From positions 416,001 through 480,000 of the forward strand of contig CAXXKM010000002.1 in assembly GCA_963664435.2 (NCBI GenBank): a stretch of DNA of 64,000 bases, read 5' to 3'. Positions 61,429 through 64,000 of this stretch are shown one piece after another. The translations under genes were made by a program, and so were the position numbers. This DNA is from Longimicrobiales bacterium. GTDB taxonomy: Bacteria; Gemmatimonadota; Gemmatimonadetes; Longimicrobiales; Gaopeijiaceae. The notes under the pieces are model-generated. The model did not search any database. It had not been told where the DNA came from and saw only the letters and a list, made by a program, of their open reading frames with translations. The first letter of the stretch is position 1. Each line of letters starts with the position of its first letter.

Positions 61429-61757
61429 TACATAGACTGACCCCGTTTTCCGCCGTCGCTCCTACCAATGCCGTGGCGCTCGGGGGTTGGGGGTATTGCG
61501 TGTCTGGGGCTCTGGCGGACACCCTGAACCGACAGGTCCAAGAGAGGAACGGGATTCCCGCAGTTTGAGGCGATTTCCCTGCTGTTTCTGGACGACGAGA
61601 GCAGATGCGATTCAAGGGCAGAAAGCGCAGATCGTGCAGCCCTGTAAGTAGTTAGACGATTCGTTGCCCTGATTCGCGCTATTCTCAACCTGACCGGTAG
61701 TAGGGATGAGGAGGCAGGGAATCCTTGACAGGCTGTGGGCGTTTGCCTCTCTTGTAT

Positions 61758-61771
61758 GTGCAATATTGCAC
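61758..61771. promoter_or_regulatory. Palindromic operator of the TA operon
   Basis: Perfect 14-bp GTGCAATATTGCAC, 10 bp before the antitoxin ATG. Confidence 0.6.
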
Positions 61772-61781
61772 TGGAGAGCGA

Positions 61782-62213
61782 ATGACCACACAGGCCCTGG
61801 CTGAACATCTTGGGGGGCGGCAAGCTCTCGGCCGTGACATCCGGTCCGACCTCGACCTGGACGATGCGGTCCGGGCCGGGCTTCCCGTCAAAGCCGTTGA
61901 GACCGTGGTGAAGAACGGTGCTCTGCGCGCAACCGAACTTCATGCACTGGTCATCCCACGGCGTACGCTTGCCCACAGGAAGCGCCAGGGGAAGCGGCTG
62001 AGCAGCGAGCAGTCGGACCGCCTCACCCGGGTGGTCCGCGTCGTGGCCTCGGCGGAAGAAGCCATCGGCGACGGTGGAAAGGCAAGACGCTGGCTACGCA
62101 AGCCCAACCGTGCCCTCCAGGGACGGCGGCCACTGGATCTCCTGGCCAGCGATGTAGGCGCCCGCCTTGTGGAACAGGTGCTGGGGCGCATCGAGCATGG
62201 GCTGGGCGCGTAG
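61782..62213 (+). CDS. Xre/MbcA/ParS-family antitoxin
   Basis: IPRRTLAHRK, LSSEQSDRL.R, ARRWLRKPNRAL.G.RPLDLL, VLGRIEHG. Confidence 0.93.
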   Translation: MTTQALAEHLGGRQALGRDIRSDLDLDDAVRAGLPVKAVETVVKNGALRATELHALVIPRRTLAHRKRQGKRLSSEQSDRLTRVVRVVASAEEAIGDGGKARRWLRKPNRALQGRRPLDLLASDVGARLVEQVLGRIEHGLGA

Positions 62214-62249
62214 CGCCAAGGCCACGCTCCCGGACACGCGGAATCGCGC

Positions 62250-62705
62250 TTGGAACTCTGGCGGATCTCCCGCAAAGCCTACGCGGCCCTGGATGGCGAT
62301 GGGGCCCGCCTCTACGGGGCACGGTGGACTCCTCGCGGAACGCCCGCCGTCTACGCGGCTTCCCACCTCTCACTGGCAGCCCTGGAATACCTGGTGCACA
62401 TCGACACGGAAGACGCACCAGACGATCTGGTGGCTCTCCGCATAAGCGTTCCGGACGATGTGACCGAACTGGCCTACGCGCCTGCCTCTCTGCCCGCCGA
62501 TTGGCAGCAGACTCCGTCACCGCCCCAATGCCAGGCGATCGGTAGCGAGTGGGCCAGGAGGCGGGAGGAGCTGCTACTACGAATTCCATCCGTGCTCGTT
62601 CCCGAAGAGAGCAACGTGCTCGTGAATCCGATGCATCCGGACGCCGTCGGGGTCCGGGTCATCGGGTCTCGTCCCTTCTCCTACGATGTCCGATTGTTGA
62701 CCTGA
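62250..62705 (+). CDS. RES-domain toxin (NAD+ phosphorylase family)
   Basis: LWRI, GDGARLYGARW, LAALEYLVH, IPSVLVPEESNVLVNP.H. Confidence 0.93.
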   Translation: MELWRISRKAYAALDGDGARLYGARWTPRGTPAVYAASHLSLAALEYLVHIDTEDAPDDLVALRISVPDDVTELAYAPASLPADWQQTPSPPQCQAIGSEWARRREELLLRIPSVLVPEESNVLVNPMHPDAVGVRVIGSRPFSYDVRLLT

Positions 62706-62719
62706 CCGGGAGCATTACC

Positions 62720-63049
62720 ATGAAAGAGGCACTCGACGCTCTGCACGACCGCTTGGCCCCCGCGGAGGAAATCTTCTTCACCTGGCTGACGCGGGTGTTC
62801 ATCGCCGCGACTCTGGTCGGGTCAGCGTGGATCGACGACGCGCCCCCTCTCGAGCTCGCGGCCATGCTCGTCGCGATCTACGTCGCCGTCAGGGTGGTCA
62901 CGCAGTTCGGCCGGCTGGCCGCCGCCACCCCCTTCCGGCACCGAGCCTTGCGGGTGATATTCGCCATCGGCGCGCTCATGGTGCTCGGATTGTCGTTCCT
63001 GGTCATCGTCACGCTCGTGGAGCGGCTGGCCCTCTCGGCGGTCGGTTGA
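62720..63049 (+). CDS. Small membrane protein
   Basis: Three hydrophobic segments, GGGAG RBS. Confidence 0.6.
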   Translation: MKEALDALHDRLAPAEEIFFTWLTRVFIAATLVGSAWIDDAPPLELAAMLVAIYVAVRVVTQFGRLAAATPFRHRALRVIFAIGALMVLGLSFLVIVTLVERLALSAVG

Positions 63050-63252
63050 GCCGCTTTCTCGTGCTCACGCTGGCCGCCGTCCTCCACTCCTGCGGGCCGG
63101 AATCGCCAGCGGGCGAGCCGACGCGTGAGACCCTTCCGAACGGGGCGGTCCTCGTCCGCTATCCGAGCCTTCCCGCCATCGACTCCGTCGGCCCCGAGGT
63201 CACCGACGCGCTTTGGACTTGCAGTTCGGAAGCCTTGAAGGGGACGACCCCA
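63046..63252 (+). pseudogene. N-terminal remnant of a beta-propeller-type lipoprotein
   Basis: LAAVLHSC lipobox, RETLPNGAVLVRY, then a shifted frame DLQFGSLEGDDP. Confidence 0.5.
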
Positions 63253-63280
63253 TGGTGTAGTATGGTTCAGTATACTTGCT

Positions 63281-63323
63281 CCCCGCCCGACACGCCGAGA
63301 GGCCTCGGGCGGGGTTATTTTTT
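63281..63323 (+). terminator. Terminator-like hairpin immediately upstream of NYN gene
   Basis: CCCCGCCCGA/TCGGGCGGGG stem, inner GCC-GAGA-GGC, then TTATTTTTT. Confidence 0.75.
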
Positions 63324-63335
63324 GCGGATCGGTCA

Positions 63336-63971
63336 ATGAGCGGCGAGCCTCCCATCAAGCGCGCGATTGCCTTCCTGGACGGCCAGAACCTGTTTCACGC
63401 CGCCCGCGAGGCGTTCGGCTACACCTACCCCAACTACGACGTTGCGGCGCTCGCCAAACAGGTTTGCGCGCGGCAGGGATGGAAGCTGGCGCAGGTCCGC
63501 TTCTACACCGGAATCCCCGATGTCGGCGACAACCCCAGGTGGCACTCCTTCTGGACCCACAAGCTCGCTGCGATGGGGCGGCAGCGCGTGGTCGTGTACA
63601 GCAGGCCACTCCGATACCGCAACCGCCGGGTGGATCTGCCCGACGGCACACAACACTCTTTTCTGACCGGCGAAGAGAAAGGGATCGACGTGCGGATCGC
63701 GCTCGATGTGATCGCGCTCGCCCACCGCTGCGCATACGACGTGGCGCTCGTCTTCAGCCAGGATCAGGATCTATCGGAGGTCGCCGAGGAGATTCGGACC
63801 ATCGCGCGGCAACAGAAGAGGTGGATCAAGATAGCGAGCGCCTTTCCCCACAGCCCAGCCAGCCGCAACCCAAGGGGAGTAAACAAGACCGACTGGATCA
63901 AGATCGACCGGAAGCTATACGACGAGTGTCTCGACAGACGAGACTACCGCACGAAGAGCCAAGGGTCGTAG
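63336..63971 (+). CDS. NYN-domain (PIN-like) ribonuclease
   Basis: AFLDGQNLFH, RFYTG, EKGIDV.IALD, FSQDQDL. Confidence 0.92.
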   Translation: MSGEPPIKRAIAFLDGQNLFHAAREAFGYTYPNYDVAALAKQVCARQGWKLAQVRFYTGIPDVGDNPRWHSFWTHKLAAMGRQRVVVYSRPLRYRNRRVDLPDGTQHSFLTGEEKGIDVRIALDVIALAHRCAYDVALVFSQDQDLSEVAEEIRTIARQQKRWIKIASAFPHSPASRNPRGVNKTDWIKIDRKLYDECLDRRDYRTKSQGS

Positions 63972-64000
63972 ATTCTTCCTCCTTGAAGGGCCGGGCGGGC

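Larger units (their letters stand above)
47875..61702. mobile_element. Putative integrative mobilizable element carrying CRISPR-Cas
   Basis: ACCGGTAGTA direct repeats at 47875-47884 and 61693-61702, GATTCCCGC arm-like motifs near both ends, integrase, mob genes and oriT. Confidence 0.7.

Noticed and set aside
61455..61490. Possible degenerate ninth CRISPR repeat (AATGCCGTGGCGCTCG)
   Set aside because: Weak similarity and wrong spacing

Overview
GC-rich bacterial window; the gene content suggests Gemmatimonadota or similar, but that is inference. It has three zones. (1) 1-13 kb is an accessory island. It holds one intact, one truncated and one 33-bp remnant of the same tyrosine-integrase family, two copies of an att-like end, an ABC-ATPase/TOPRIM-like pair, and an IS110 element whose bridge-RNA target and donor guides can be read directly from the sequence. 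(2) 13-47.9 kb is core-like: SRAP, PhoX, PorV-like, a hydrolase, a DUF4159/vWA/TPR/MoxR/DUF58/BatA operon, msrPQ, a Gld-like ABC transporter, an MBL hydrolase, a beta-propeller and an M28 peptidase. (3) About 47.9-61.7 kb is a 13.8-kb putative integrative mobilizable element bounded by ACCGGTAGTA direct repeats. It carries an integrase, ColE1-type mbeCABD with oriT, an hsdR remnant and a complete type I-MYXAN (I-B-like) CRISPR-Cas locus with 8 repeats. After it come an Xre-RES toxin-antitoxin pair and an NYN RNase preceded by a short promoter-hairpin-terminator unit. All calls come from reading motifs by eye; no searches were run.
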